Part shown: piece after piece, positions 39,936 to 53,461 of the stretch | Layout: each line of letters starts with the position of its first letter | How positions within the stretch are numbered: the stretch's first letter is position 1 | NCBI GenBank assembly: GCA_051294375.1 | Contig: CM119269.1 | Span: 15,139,918 to 15,203,917, forward strand | Direction of reading: 5' to 3' | DNA length: 64,000 nucleotides | DNA from: Paraspadella gotoi | Taxonomy: Eukaryota; Animalia; Chaetognatha | Program-made: the position numbers and the translations under genes | Notes under the pieces: model-generated | Databases searched by the model: none | What the model saw: the letters and a program-made list of their open reading frames with translations, nothing else | Told to the model about the DNA's origin: nothing

Positions 39936-42649
39936 AAGAGCGCAAATTCGCTGGAATGCCTTAGATTGCGTGAGGCAGAGCAACGGCGTGATTCAAAAGA
40001 GGGACTACGAGTGAAAAATCACGTGATCTCCTTATTTGGGCGACGGCAGTTGTGATTCTCGTCGTCGTTGTTGTCGTCGTCGTCGTCTTCGTCTCGAAAA
40101 ACACGTCGGGACGACGAATCTTCGACTCGGACGGAGCCGAGTTCCTCTGGCTCTCGGTCACGATGACGTTAAAACGGAATCGAAAGGAATAAATAAAGAA
40201 AACTTTTTCTTGAGCCGGCGCCATTAAACGTCAATAACGAGACGAAAAAGATTTAGATTTTGGACCAGCGATTTCATTAAATCCGAGCCTGAGATTTATG
40301 CGAATACCTTGATATTTAAATTTGGTCGAACGAATCCTGTTCGAAGTTTAGGTTTAGAAACAGAGAAAGAAAAATTGTTAGCCTGAAATTGGCCAATGGC
40401 CATTGGGGCAGGTTCCGTGTTAATTTTCGTGACCGAGAAGGAATTTCCCCTACTTTTTTTTTTCGCTTTTCTTTCTTCTTCTTTTCCCTAAAAGCAATAA
40501 CCTTTCTATGTCTCTCCCTCTGTCTCCTTTCCCATCCTCCATCTCTCTGGGTTTTAATTTCCAGACCTCTCCTGACGCCTCTTTGGCTAAAGCTTCGTGA
40601 TGCGAAGCGACTTCCACTGTTTCCTTCTGACTTCTCGTCAAAATAGAGAGACGAGAATTATAAAACCTACAGTTAAGCACCCAGCCTGTCGGAAACCTTT
40701 TTAACCAATAGTTGCATCAAAACGTGTCATGAATCAGTTTACAACCAATAATAAAAATTTAAGGCCAGATAAATGGTTTCATAATTTGGTGGGTCCATTT
40801 TGTTATTATTATTTTCTCAATGGAGCATAAGACATTCTATGTAGAGGGTTGAGAATGAGAGGTCCAGCTTCAAGTTCAATGCTTCATTTTCAGTCGATTT
40901 TTTCCCACTACTGTACAAAAAAGATAATATAGGAAACGTATTATTTAATTATGATGAAATTAGCTGGATTATAAATTATATATTTTATATATATTTAAAT
41001 ATTTAATAAAAAAAATGATAAAACGTCTAATAGAATTAGAAGTGAAAGAGTATTTTTTTATTTTTATAAAAAATAACGCCTCGCAGCAAATTTAGAGCAT
41101 TTTTCAAAGTGATTGAAAATAGTATTTGCTTTTAGATAATGACTTTTAATAATTCTCCAACGCGTCATGTACGACGTCTCCAACGCATATGATGAAAAGT
41201 GAAAAAAAAACCTTTGCAAAATAGAAGGCGCGGACGCTTAATTACCGACACTTTTGTACGAGAGCGGACAGAAAGAGAGAGAGAGAGACGCGGGTTAATG
41301 ATTTTTCTTGCGGAGGCCGCCGCTGCTGACGCCGCCGCTGCCGCTGGAACCATGAAACAGTTGGTTTGGTGCCAGCGAATTCCAACCGAGCGTCTGCTGT
41401 CTGTCTCGACTCCCGCCACCCTCCTACAACCTCCCCTTCTCTCCCAACCCCAAGATCCCGCTTCCAATCATGAACTCCAAGAGCCCTGGAATGTTTTGAA
41501 AAGATTCGAGTTTAGAATTGCAGAAAACCGATATGGCGGAAATTCCCCATACATTGGGATGGGGTAAAGAGCTTTCGCAACAACGAACGGGTGTTTATGC
41601 AGTAATTGCCGTTTTGCGATGCGAAATAAAGATAAACTTAGCAATTTCTTTTCTGAGAAAATTGTTATGCTGATTGTAACTTGACAGAAGAAAAGCTGTA
41701 AACAACGGCAAAGTTTATTTATTGGCCTCCTTGGCTGAAAAGAGAAGCCAATAATACGGTTTGGTTATCTACGTATTTCGCAAGCTTCTTGAATATCGCT
41801 GTAGACAATATCATAAATTGTATAATAATAATTTATGATTGTTTGGTCCGACGTCAAAATAATTGCGGAGAGCAAGTCGGATTTTCCTGTCTAATTGAGA
41901 CGTCGTTAACGGTAAAAGTCCTATTGTCATGGAGTTTAGCAAGCCTCAATTGCATCACACAAATTCAATTAGGATCCCAGTTGACTAAGAAAAAAAAAGT
42001 TTCTTCCTGAGGATTCACCCATCGCCTTTTTGTTCAGATCCAATTTTCAAGGTTCATGGTAATTCAACCGTTAGCATTGAAGTAAATTTTGAAGAAAAAG
42101 TTTTAAGCAGCAACGATTAGTTTTTGTTTTATTTTTAGTCTAAATACGTACGTTTCGACTCTTGTTGCAAGCAGAAGGTGAAAATTTTGAGTTCTCGAAT
42201 GCCGTAATCAGTTGTAATCGGTGAATTTGCTTAGAAGTAGATATTTGTCTAGCTCTTTTCGATAGGTTTTTTTTTAGGCTTCACGTTTCATAACTTTGCC
42301 TAATTTAACTTAAGAACTATAAAATGTACACAGTTTTATGCCATCGATTTTTAATTGACTTTACGCACGAGTTTTTCCCGCGAATGTAGTCGGCAAGAAG
42401 AAAAACCGTGTCACCCAGTAAACAGTACATCAAAGACGGAAGCAAAAATCAACGTCGGAGGAAATTGGGCGCGCAAAAAAAAATAGAGGCACGAAAGCGC
42501 CGTGTCGCGACAGAGTGAAAATTGGGGGGGGGGGAAGGTGAAAGAAGTCACGTCGCAGAGACGAAGACAAATAAAACGTGGGATGAATCTTAAGGATCGT
42601 CTGAAGCGTCGTCCGATGGTTTTTGGCTGGGCCGAAAAAAAAAAGTCAA

Positions 42650-42694
<45 letters not shown>

Positions 42695-43502
42695 GGCCGA
42701 GCGAAACCATGAGAGGACGAGGAGACGGGATGAGGAGGAGGAAGCGCGCGAGGCGGATGAAATAAAAAAAAGGAAAGTCTACGCATGGGCATGGGACTCG
42801 CGAGCGCGCGATGCCCTGGAAAGTGGGAGGTGGGGGGTGTGTGAGGCGAGCGTGGGAATCTCAGCGTATAGGGTGAAGATGATCTTCTTTGTAGCGACTA
42901 CATTCGATATTCGGCGCGTGAAAAGATGATCGGAGTCATTAGGAAAGTTATTTTCTTAAAAGTGCCTCGTTAATTTTATAAGTTAACCGGATAATGGGTA
43001 ACTTTACTATTCGACGACCGCAACCAACCTTAGGTACCGCCGGTCGGTGGTTTGTTAATGCATTTTTTCCCCCCTCTAACGTCGAATCTTATTTTGGGCA
43101 ATAACATACCTTTTTTTTGTTCAGTAATAAAAATTTTATAACTTTATAATAAATAATAATTTTAAAATTTATTTTAATTGCTATTTGGCTTATTTTTACT
43201 TTCGCCGATTGGAATTTCTCGGTCGGTTATTTTTTTTTCGTTTTTTATGTGCGACGTATAAAAATCTCGTTACGCAAAAATAAAAAAAAGGACATTGGTA
43301 AGGGTAAAAAAACTTTTTATTACAAATCCCTACAACCACCTAATTCCTAACCCAATCTCACCGCTTAAAAAATGTAACATAAAAATTCTTTTTTTTGGTT
43401 TACGTACGAGTTTTATTAAGAAACATAAATTTCGGACATGTTTGAAGTTTGGAAAGAGAGAAAGAGCCTGTGAAAATATTTGTTTTACAAATCAATTCGT
43501 TT

Positions 43503-43546
43503 TTGCGCTGATGAAGGCTTATATTAAAGCTGAAACAGGTCCGAAA
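43503..43546 (+). ncRNA. Minimal hammerhead ribozyme motif inside an inverted-repeat element (about 43398-43571)
   Basis: GCG-CUGAUGA-A-GGCUU..AAGCU-GAAAC-AG-GUC-CG; truncated minus-strand relative at about 62187-62225. Confidence 0.6.
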
Positions 43547-43653
43547 TTTGTTTATCAAACTCGTACGTAAACAATTCATTTTCTATCAAACTTAAATTTT
43601 ACTTTCGCCGACCGCGGTTTTGGCGGCTTTTTAAAAACTACTTAAAAATACTT

Positions 43654-43838
43654 ATTAAAGGAAAACGATTTTTTTTCGCGCTTTAACAACATTTATTTTT
43701 TTATGTAATGGACAAGTTTCGACTCTAGTTTTCGAGTCTTTGATGCTGATGAAGACTCGAAAACGAGAGTCGAAACTTGTCCATTACATAAAAAAATAAA
43801 TGTTGTTAAAGCGCGAAAAAATTTCGTTTTCCTTTAAT
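43654..43838 (+). mobile_element. Palindrome with 87-bp arms containing a type-I hammerhead ribozyme (43741-43786); Penelope-like terminal remnant
   Basis: Arms 43654-43740 and 43752-43838 are near-perfect inverted repeats. Stem I UGAUG/CAUUA, CUGAUGA, stem II GACUC/GAGUC, GAAAC-UU-GUC. Confidence 0.75.
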
Positions 43839-43937
43839 CTATTTCAAACAACAAACGAAAAGATTAACACAAAAAAAAAAATTAAAAAAAAAATATTACC
43901 TAATTAACCTGACCCTTTTAACCATAACCACTAAAAC

Positions 43938-44731
43938 GTAGTAAAAATTCTAAATTTAACTTTAATTAAAAATCTAAAAGTGAGGAACGAACAACATTAT
44001 ACTGATGAACATTTATGTATAAAAAAATTTTACAATAAATTTTCTAATTTACACAGTAGACCATATTTATACTAATACTAATCCAATAAATGTTAAAATT
44101 TCAAAATAGTTTTTTTGTAAATTTTTTTGCAGATTTAGATTCATCATGTAAAGTTGATTTAAAGAAATATAAAAATTATTTCATTAAGTTGATCAAACAT
44201 TAAAAAACCTATATTTTAAGCTGAAAATTAAAATTTTATATATTAAATATAGTTTTTTTATATTTTAACCCACTTAAAGAATTTTTAAATATGATTTATA
44301 TTTTCTTTTATCAACTTTTGACGAGGAATTCAAATCTGCAATCAAAATTAAAAAAAAGCCTATTCTGAAATTTTTCGATTTTAAAACGATAGTACTGTAA
44401 TTATATGTTTTATATTATATTATATTATATATAAAAGAGTGATGTAGGCCTTAAACCACCAAAGCCTGTCCAAAATCAGGGGCAAGATAGCTTATTTATT
44501 AAATGAATGGATAATTTTTATATTGGTTGTACCAATTTCATATATATTATATTATATAATTTTATGTTCTTCAATTTTCGCAATATTTTTATATATAGTC
44601 TATATATAAAAAATAGCCTTTTGCGAAAATTGAAGAACATAAAATTAAGTTTTTTTTACAAATTAATGTTCACTGATAGTATGTTGTTCATTATTGACAT
44701 TTAGAATTTTCGTATATAACTTTCACTACGC
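43938..44731. mobile_element. Second copy of the AT-rich foldback element; lacks the LTR insertion and carries a different insert at about 44400-44590
   Basis: Colinear similarity to 3744-3795 plus 4492-5044. The insert at 44438-44525 matches 62860-62947. Confidence 0.7.
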
Positions 44732-45723
44732 TCTACTAAGTTCCTGAGGCCCAAATCTCGGCTCAGGGGGTCAAATATTGAAATTCGCCTCGTTAGTTCT
44801 ATTTGTATTCACTTAGGGATCGTTCATAACAAATTTCATTAAAATCTATTCAGAAGTTTTCTCGGAACGTGTTCTGGTCACAAAAAAAGGGGAACCTCAT
44901 TTTATAATATGACTCCTTCCGTAATTGTTTTACCATGTTAATGAAAATTGTACTCAAATTGGCTATTGACTGAGTACCGAGTACTGAGCTATTAAAATTG
45001 TTGGGTACCCGTGGATCTCCTTGTATGTAGCTAAGGTAGTATTGTTTTAAGGGTGGTAAAGAATACTTTTTCGTTGCTACTTCATATTGATATTCATAAT
45101 TGAACAAGTTTTTATGGCAATAGTAAATCAGGTACGTATCTAGTATCTACATCCAAACTAAGCAGGAAGCTAATAACAACTATTATATTCTGGAGTCTTT
45201 TTTTATTTCGCTTGAAATAATGAAACTTCCGCGACATCAACACTATTTACAAGAACAAGTATGCAAGTTACAGTGGAACGAAAACATTTTTAAGCAATAG
45301 ATCTTATTTAACAAGCCGATGCTCTTTCAGAAGTGATTCAAAGGCTTTTAAGGACAACATCGGATAAATTTTAAACAAATGTCTCTTTCATTACAAAATT
45401 TTCAAGCATGGTTCGTATTGAAACAAAAAAAAAAAATGATCTAACATCTACGTAGTTTCTATAGCCTCTATACGTGTACGTATAAAAAAAAAAAAAAAAA
45501 CCAACGCAAACTACCGATGAAGCTAAACAACGGGAAAAAAACATCGTTAAAAAGCGTTTAGTTTCATCCAACGTAAATCAGAGCAAATCGGGTTAAGGAA
45601 CAAACTCAAAAACAAGTCGAGAAGGAGAAATACTCACTTGTAATTTTTTTTTCATCTTTGCATCTGTGAAAATCGTTGACGGGTGTGAGAAAGTCGTTAA
45701 CAATAATTGCAGACACGGTTGGC

Positions 45724-48057
45724 TCACTTCTTCCTGCCCCTTCCTCGGCCCCTCCCACGGCCTCTTCCTCTACCCTTCCCTCGGGGGGATTTGACCTCTT
45801 CCTCGCTTTCCTCCTCTTTTTCCACAGTTTCCTCCCGTTCTTCCTCCCTCTTTTCCTCCTCTGGCCTATCCTCCTCATCAGACTCTTTTTCCTTGGCTTC
45901 CTCCGCGCCCTCGCTATCCCGCCGCGATATTTCCTCCCTGTTTTCTTCAATGGAATCCTCGGCGGGTTCCTCCCTTTCTTCCGACTCTTCCTGACGCCCG
46001 TTCTGTCCCCCGACGGGCTCTTTCTTCTCGTCCCCCGAGTCCTTGGCGTCCGCTATCTCCTCGTCTCGGTTCTCGACCTTGTCGTCGTTGTCCTCGGCGC
46101 CGGATCGATCGCTATCCTCTCCGGACTTTCCTCCTTTTGACGACTCCTCGCGGTCGTTCGTCTTGTGATTTTTTCTGTCGGGAGATTCGTCCGTCTTTCT
46201 TCGTTTTCGATCCTTCGAACGATCGTCGGAACTGGAAAGTGTCGGTAGATAATAAAATTGCTTTAGCTGAGGATACCATGAAAAAAAAAATCATATTTTA
46301 ATACTACATATAAAATAATCCTCACCCTGATCTTGATCGCGATTTGCTTGGTGAGTTGCTGCTGCGTCGACGACGTCGACGATCACGAGACCTATGAAAT
46401 AATGGATATTTTCGTTATCGCAAATTTAATTTTTTAATAATATCCGTGAAGTCCCTCCTTCCAAGCGATTCAACATTAAGCAATAATTGTTTTAATTTTA
46501 ATCATCGAGTTTGTTTTAAAAAAATTATAAAAAAAGGTTTAAGTCAAAACGTACCTAGATCGTGATTTCTTCGGGGACTTTGAGCGAGATTTAGATCGTG
46601 ACTTGGAGCGAGATCGTGATCGGCTACGCGAATCGGATCGACTTCTAAAACGACAAACGACAATTTGAAGAAAAAATAAGAAGACGTTTCACGAATATAT
46701 TTACAACATGTAATGATCAAAATCATTTTCAGAGAGAAAAACGACGATAACAAAAAGAGAAAAACGACGATAACAAAAAGAGAAAAGACAATAGTAAAAA
46801 TAACAAAACGAATCAAGTGATCAGTTAACTATTTGACCTTAAGTCGTAGGTCACGATTTAAGTCGTTATGGTTGTTGTTGCAAAAAAATTGCAATAAACG
46901 CGTTACGTTCATCATTTCTAGTGGAGATGTCCAACAGAGACGCTACTTACTTGGATTTGGAACGAGATTTTTTACTGTTGTCCTTCAGCCTTATCTTGCG
47001 TCCGTGCAGTTCGGTCCCATCCAGCTTGTCGATGGCCGCCTTCAGGTCGGATCGAGATGTGAACTCCACCTCGCTACATTGAGGGTCGGAAGTAAAACAA
47101 GAACGAGTGATTTTACAGGACAAAATAACAACCCTTGTCCCCGTCTTCTGTAAATTCGCTGACTATTCTTTCCTTACCCCTCGTTCTTTCGCGAACGATG
47201 TGCGTCAGCGTAAGTGACTTCGCCAATTTGACGCATGAAATCCTTCAGATCCTGAATGAAAACACGAAATAGGGAGTTGATTTAACTAACGAAAAAAAAT
47301 TGATAAAAAACTAAAAAATTAATCGTAATTTGCCACTAACTGGTTCTAAAACTATTGATTATTTTCTTTCATAAATTTGCATAGAATGAGGATACCTTTT
47401 TGGCTCACAACCTACGACCCATGGTAACAGTAATGAAACTTCATTGACGAATGATAATTTAAGGCATAAAGTGATGAACTGTCGTAATTACAAGAAAGAA
47501 ATTACCAAAGAAATTACCAAAGAAATCTAAACATTTGAAACGATTTGCCTAATTTTTCGTTTTAAAATTTCAGCCAAGACTTTTCAGTACCTTTGCCATG
47601 GAGCGAGGATGGAGCCGAAAAAAAAACCTAGCATTCTCATTTTATAAACTATCTTAGCGATCCTTATCGCTTGAACCAGTATGCTTATAAAAAAAATCAT
47701 AAAATTTGCGGTTTGATCGAACCACGGTAAAACGGAACGCGTCACTGAGGGCGCCTCTCTGTTTTTCGGGCATTTTTCGTTCGGGCGACGCTGGCTGGCC
47801 CGGCGCCTTTGATTTGAGTTTTGAATCTGAAATTGAGCGGCAACGCGCATCGTCACATTTGATGTCGGTGCGTTTTGTGTGTTTGTGTCTCATTTGTATC
47901 ATCTCTCTTGATTTGTCATCATCTCGACTGAGGCGGGGAGAGAGAGAGAGAAAAAAAAAACAAAAAGGTTCACCTCTGTAAATACATCGGGGTAAAGGGG
48001 TAAAGGGAGGTGCTCGTTCGGACGGATTATTTAATGCGATCAGAAAAGAGTAGGCAC

Positions 48058-48092
<35 letters not shown>

Positions 48093-48916
48093 TTTAACTG
48101 AGTGACGACCCACGCACCGCACCACCTCAGGACCGAGCATCGCGCCACGCAATTCGTCACCTGCCATGAGACGCGACTGGACAGATTCTCCACGACGAGG
48201 CGATGATCAGTTCTTTGAATCGGTCCGTACCTAAATTGAAAAGAATAGCTCAGATAAATAAAAGTAGATAAATAAATAGATAAATAAATTCTTAATAAGT
48301 TTAATTTTTGAAAGGTTCGTCGCTTACTTGTCCTCCCACTTAGGTCTGCGCCTAGGCGGTGACCTTCGCCCGTAGCCTCCGCCGAACCGTCCGCCGCCTC
48401 CTCCTCCTCCACCGCCGCCGCCTCCGGAACGCCAGCGCTCTTCCTTAGGGATGCCGCGCGCGTGCTCGACGATGACGCGTTCGCCCAGCATCTTCTTCCC
48501 GTCGAGTTCGTAGACAGCGTCTTCTGCGTCACGGTGGTCGTCGAATTCCTGAGTTGGAAAAAGGAGCGCCGAATTACGTCAATGTCAAAACGATAACTAA
48601 TGTTCTGTGGCGCAGTATTCACACCGCCTCACATCCAACTTCATTTAGCCAATTCCATTAGCTCATACACACCCGAAAAACGTACCATTCAGCTGACTGT
48701 TACGGTCATTTAGAATTATATGAGGATCAATTTTAAAACGGCGAGCTTTCAGATTCTCAGCTTAGATATAGATATACTTACGATGAAGGCGTAGGTTCCC
48801 TTGAACATGAGCTCGTTGACTCTGCCGAAGCCTTGGATGAACTTCTCGACGTCTCGCTCGCGGCATCCGCGAGGGAGCCCGCCGATGTAGATGCGGTTTT
48901 CGTTGGAAAACGGCAT
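45724..48916 (-). CDS. SR splicing factor, SRSF4/5/6 (B52/SRp55) family
   Basis: RRM1 [33 protein letters not shown]; RRM2 [32 protein letters not shown]; RS-repeat exons; acidic and RG-rich last exon. Confidence 0.92.
48606..48672 (+). mobile_element. 5' fragment of a type-D LTR in SR gene intron 1
   Basis: TGTGGCG..TATTCACACCGCCTCACATCCA..AGCCAATTCCATTAGCTCA aligns with 51811-51870. Confidence 0.7.
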
Positions 48917-49549
48917 CGCGGCGGTCAGCGAAAGTTCCGTTGAATTAAGACAAGAGACGAAAACGAAAAAGGGGAAGACTGGAATGGAATCGAAACGGGA
49001 TCCTGGAATTATTAATAGCTGGAGTAAAAGTGGATTGAAAAAGTAACGAATCTGGTAGAGAGATGAATGCAAAAAAACGACGAGAACCGCCAAATAATAA
49101 AAGAGGAATTCGACATTCGACAAAGCGAGGGAGTTGCAAGCGAGGACGACGACGACGACAGCGACGAAGAGGCTTCGGCGGAGAGTCGAGGCAAAAAAAC
49201 TTAGTGCGTCTTTTGTCCGCTTTTTCTCTTCGTAGGCCAAATGAAGAAAAGCAATCTGGTGACTATGCGTCCGGCATCGAATACACTTCTCTATAAATCG
49301 ATAATAACTAATTTAAAACAAATATCCAAACATTCTCTAGAAAGGATACGAAATTAAGACAACAAAGCGCTTTCAACGTAATATAACAACGAATAATATG
49401 TCTAAATTATCTACGGTGTAAAAAGCTCATTAGTTACTGTAATTTAAAACTAATGAATATTTGGAATTTCGGACAAAGAAAGGCAGAGCCATCAAACCAT
49501 GATGCGGATGTATTGGGGTGCAAATAAAGCTCGACCAAGCGAGGACGAC

Positions 49550-52500
49550 TCATTTGGAGAATTCGATATCCGCGATTCCCGGATGTCGATCGCGTTTCCG
49601 ATCCGTGATCGTCTTTTCGCCGTCGGGCCAATCCTCGGCGAAGGCGATGTCCTTGTCCAGACCGAAAGCGGAACCCAGCGGCGTCGAGTCTTCCTTTCCC
49701 GCCGAGACTGCCATCACTTGGGCGGGGAAGCGAAGCGCGAAAGCGGCAGTGTCTGCCGCATCGGTGGCGTCGTCGCTGACCGAAGCCGATCGCGCTAATG
49801 GAAACCGATCGCCCTTAGGGAGGCGCGACTCTTGCGAGGAGGGGCGTTGAGATGATCGACAACCGCCGCCGCCGTAGGCCTATGATGGACGTTGAAAAAA
49901 AAAAAAGTGAATTCGTCTTCAACCCTCAACCCTTTTCAACCAACCTTGAGGAAGTTGAGCTCGAGAAATTTCGAATCGAGATGGTGAACACTGGCGCTCG
50001 CGGCGCTGGTCAAACTGGTCAGGTCCGACATATGAAAGAGGCTGGATCGGCTTGACGACGGCGTCCACTGTCCTACTCCAGCGCCACTGCTTTTACGAGT
50101 CTGGTTGCGCCGGGAAGCGGAGAAGCGGGCATCCATTCCGCGAGCCACGCCCACCCGTTTGGCGTCGCGAGCGGAGTTCAGGTTGCGCATCTTGGAAGAA
50201 ATTGACGCGTTGTCGGAGCGATTGAGTTCCGGCGAGGGAGGGTCTGCCGTCCGGGTTTGCAACGACTCATGAAGGCGACCGATCAAAAAGGCTTTGCCCG
50301 ACGGCGCCGACGATTGAGAAAGTCGATCGTCGAAACTGTGAGCGTCACGCGTCGCGCTCCGCTTTACTTGCGTCTCTAAATCCTGGCGCCAAGAGATTAG
50401 AGGTCAACGTCAGCGCCATTTGGAGTTAAGATTCTCGTCTACCTTGCGGTGAATTCGGGCGGCGAGAGACGCCAACGAGTCGGAATCGCAGACATCTGCT
50501 TTGGGGCGAAGAGCTAGGTGGCGCGGGAGACGCTTGGGCTCCACCAGTCGCGTCGCACGATCCGGAGCACCCTTCGTGCGGGACAACTTTCCTTTTTCCA
50601 TTTCCTGTCGCGGAATATGAAATATGAAAATCAGATATAATAAGTTGACAAGTGGTCAAAACCAAAGTGGGGAGGAAAAACCATTTTTGAAGATCTGACA
50701 AAAACCGAGTATACCTTTTAGCCTTAATTTATGGGCAACTACTCGTTTATGAGTAATTAAATTTTCTTTTGTGTCATTCGTTCTGAGACACGGAGTAAGA
50801 TTAAGAACTCACCTTTTTTGTCACCAACACGGCGGGGATCTGATTAGGAAGGCTGTGCGTTCGAACCGATGACTCTCCCCTCGAGTTGGAATCACCGCCG
50901 TTGACGTCCTGGTCCTCGACATTCGCCTCCTCCACTTTTCTCTTCTCCGTTTCTTCTCCTTTGGCTTTACCGATCGAGGGCTTCCGGCTGGAGTCGTCGC
51001 AGGCGGCCGCTTCTTCCATGATCGTCTCCAACTGGCAGATCCAGGCGGTCTGCTCCGGCGGCACCGCCACCCCCGCTGCCGACCCTTCGAAGGGCCGCAG
51101 ATCTTCATCGGCGACGGCGAGCGTCAACGGGAGCGATCGCGACTCCAGCGGATCGAACCAAGCGTCGTCGCCTTCTCCGCCTCCAAAGACGTCGGGGTGC
51201 TCGGCGTGAAGGTCGTCCACGATTCTGTAGCTGATGTTGCGATTGCGATCAATGATCCAATTGATTTCAATGTTGTCGTCGTCTTCGCCAAAGGGATTAA
51301 CCAAAGACTCGGCAACTTTGAGCCAACCCATGTAGAAAATAAATTGAAAAACGACGAAGACTGGTTGCACGAACATTTCGACGCTGGCCTGGAGGCGACG
51401 GTCGATCAGCGTCGAATTCGTCAAATAAATCACGGATTCGTTTCCGGAGGTGATGTGGGCGTGGTATAAGAGCGGGGTGGAGTTATCGACGCCAGACTCC
51501 AGGGCGCAACCGTGACTCTCAGCTGGAAACTCCACGTGTCCAAACAAATGGGCTAGGAAGAAGGAGTGAATTGCCACGGAAACGACCTGCGGGTTTTGAA
51601 ACAATGTAACCAGGTCCTTTATTGCAAACATTGGCCTTCGGCCCTTCCAGTATTTTCACCTGAAGATAAACCATTGGAATGTTGATCCAGTCGAAATAAC
51701 CGACGAAGCCGAGCTTTCCGCGAAAAGCGAACAAAACTTCAAGGATAGCGTGAAGAGCGTAAATGTTCTCGATGCGATTTTCCTGGAGATAAACGATTAA
51801 AATAAAGAGGTGTGGCGGTATATTCACACCGCCTCACGTCCACCATCCGTCAGCCAAATCCATTGGCTCAGAGGGGGAACACACCATCCCAGGCGTAGTG
51901 TTCCATCCACAGTCCTAATGACTTCCCTCTGCGTTGGCAAAGCGAGACCGTCCTAGGGTAACCGCGCCAGTGACTGGAGGCGTCACTGAGGGTCGGAAGC
52001 CCCCAAAGCCAACAGTGAGATGCCCCATCCCAATGGGCATCACAGGCAACCCGGCTGTTGCCATAGAGGTCAATTAAGGGCATAAAGAGCGATTAGCGAG
52101 AACCTGAAAAGCCCTCTGGCAAATTGCAGCCGCCCATATGATAGGCACCACGTAAGGCGGTTTGTCCACCAAAGAACCTTGAAGGATATTAGACTCGCCA
52201 TCCGTGAGAAGGCCGGCCTCTATCAGATGTTGCATCGATGGAAATCGCTTTTTAGCCTGAGGGCTGATTGATGCCAACTTCAGTACGTAGGACAAGTTTA
52301 CATATCTAAGAAAACAGGTTTTGTCAGGTTTTTCGACATTTACAAAACTATTAAATATATAAAACCTAAGAATTCAAAATAGGTAAAATTTTACTTTCTC
52401 CGACCGGGGATTTGGTGTCTTTTGAAAAACTACTTAACCCTCACCATCCATAACCCTAAATTACCCTTAACTCTAAACACCTCTAACCCCGGTCGGTGAA

Positions 52501-53461
52501 AATAAAATCAACCTTCAAAAAAAAGATTTTTATACTGTGGCAACTGATCAAGCCACCGACGAAACGAACACGCAAAATCAATATCTCTCTCTCTCTCAAC
52601 GTTTTTATATTTATTCGTACGGCCAAGTGGTCAATTATTATTTTGTTAATTATTTTGTTCCCGTTTTCTCTCTGTTTTAACTCTGTTTTGTTTCCGTTTC
52701 TTTGACTCGAATAAAATTAATTCTTGCTCTGAACTTCGTCTCGATCGTTGCCTCAATACCGCCATATCTACTGGTACTTACTTAAAAATAAATTAACCAT
52801 ATATTAACTATATAACAAAAACGGCAAAATTTTACATTCGCCGACCGGGGTTTTAACGTCTTTTGAAAAACCATTTAAAAATACTTACCCTCCCTAACCC
52901 CGGTCGGCGAAAGTAAAATTAACCCGCAAAAGCATTCTTTTAGATTATTTATCATTTATTTTTAAAACTTTTAGCAGATTAGAAGCCAGCTTCCTCTCTA
53001 ACCTGACAAGCGTTCTGCGCAGCATTCTTCCACGTTTATCGTGACCAGCGAGATTTGCAGTGATTTGAAAAGCAAAGGAATCTGGAAAGGGAAGTAATTC
53101 CACTTGTGCCCACCACCTTTGCAGCACGAGAGAAACGAAAAAGGCTGAAGTAAAATATTTTTTGAACGCGGCTTCCTCCTAATTCATAAACGACTTCGAG
53201 TATACCTACTATACCTAACAAAAACGTGAGTGGAATTTGAAAGACCCATTGTTTGCAATAACCGGCGATATGATAAAAGTGGCGCCTCTGTTCGCAATCG
53301 AGCGCAAAATTATACGTCAGGCATACGGCTGCGTAGCAGGCAGAGAAAATAAGAAGATCTTTCCAGAGAAGCTTGAAAACGCTTCCTCTCCATCTGAAGA
53401 GAAGGCGCCAGAAGCAGGCGAAACTGCTTGTCGCCACATCCGAGTTATAGCTGACTGTCAT
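49550..53461 (-). CDS. Bestrophin chloride channel; tail exons below 50812 are inferred from splice sites and frame
   Basis: MTVSYNSDVA, LLFRWRGSVFKLLW, IPLTFLLG, RWWAQ, KKRFPS, FDWINIPMVYLQV, FIFYMGWLKVAESLVNPFGEDDD. In-frame GT-AG exons continue at about 50442-50604, 49947-50382 and 49550-49880. Confidence 0.9.
51811..52065 (+). mobile_element. Solo LTR type D (255 bp) in a bestrophin intron, antisense to the host gene
   Basis: Termini TGTGGCGG...TTGCCATA, TSD GAGG (51807-51810, 52066-52069); A box TGGCTCAGAGGG and B box-like GTTCCATCC; 3' half homologous to element C. Confidence 0.87.
51933..52013 (+). ncRNA. Twister ribozyme, type-P5 (solo LTR D)
   Basis: P5 GUUGGC/GCCAAC; P2 GCGA/CCGC (one mismatch); GA-CCG; P1 UCCUAGGG; UAA (cut 51959/51960); GCC; P3 AGUGAC/GUCACU; GA-GGG-U-CGG-AAGC-CCC; T1 CCG:CGG. 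Confidence 0.82.
52388..52508. mobile_element. Short MITE
   Basis: Inverted ends ATTTTACTTTCTCCGACCGGGG / CCCCGGTCGGTGAAAATAAAAT. Confidence 0.65.
52828..52920. mobile_element. Short MITE, same family; single ends also at about 710, 3217, 43194 and 43596
   Basis: Inverted ends AATTTTACATTCGCCGACCGGGGTT / AACCCCGGTCGGCGAAAGTAAAATT. Confidence 0.7.

Noticed and set aside
51823-51880. Possible HDV-like ribozyme (CCTCACGTC resembling L3)
   Set aside because: Could not build the P1/P2/P1.1 nested double pseudoknot.
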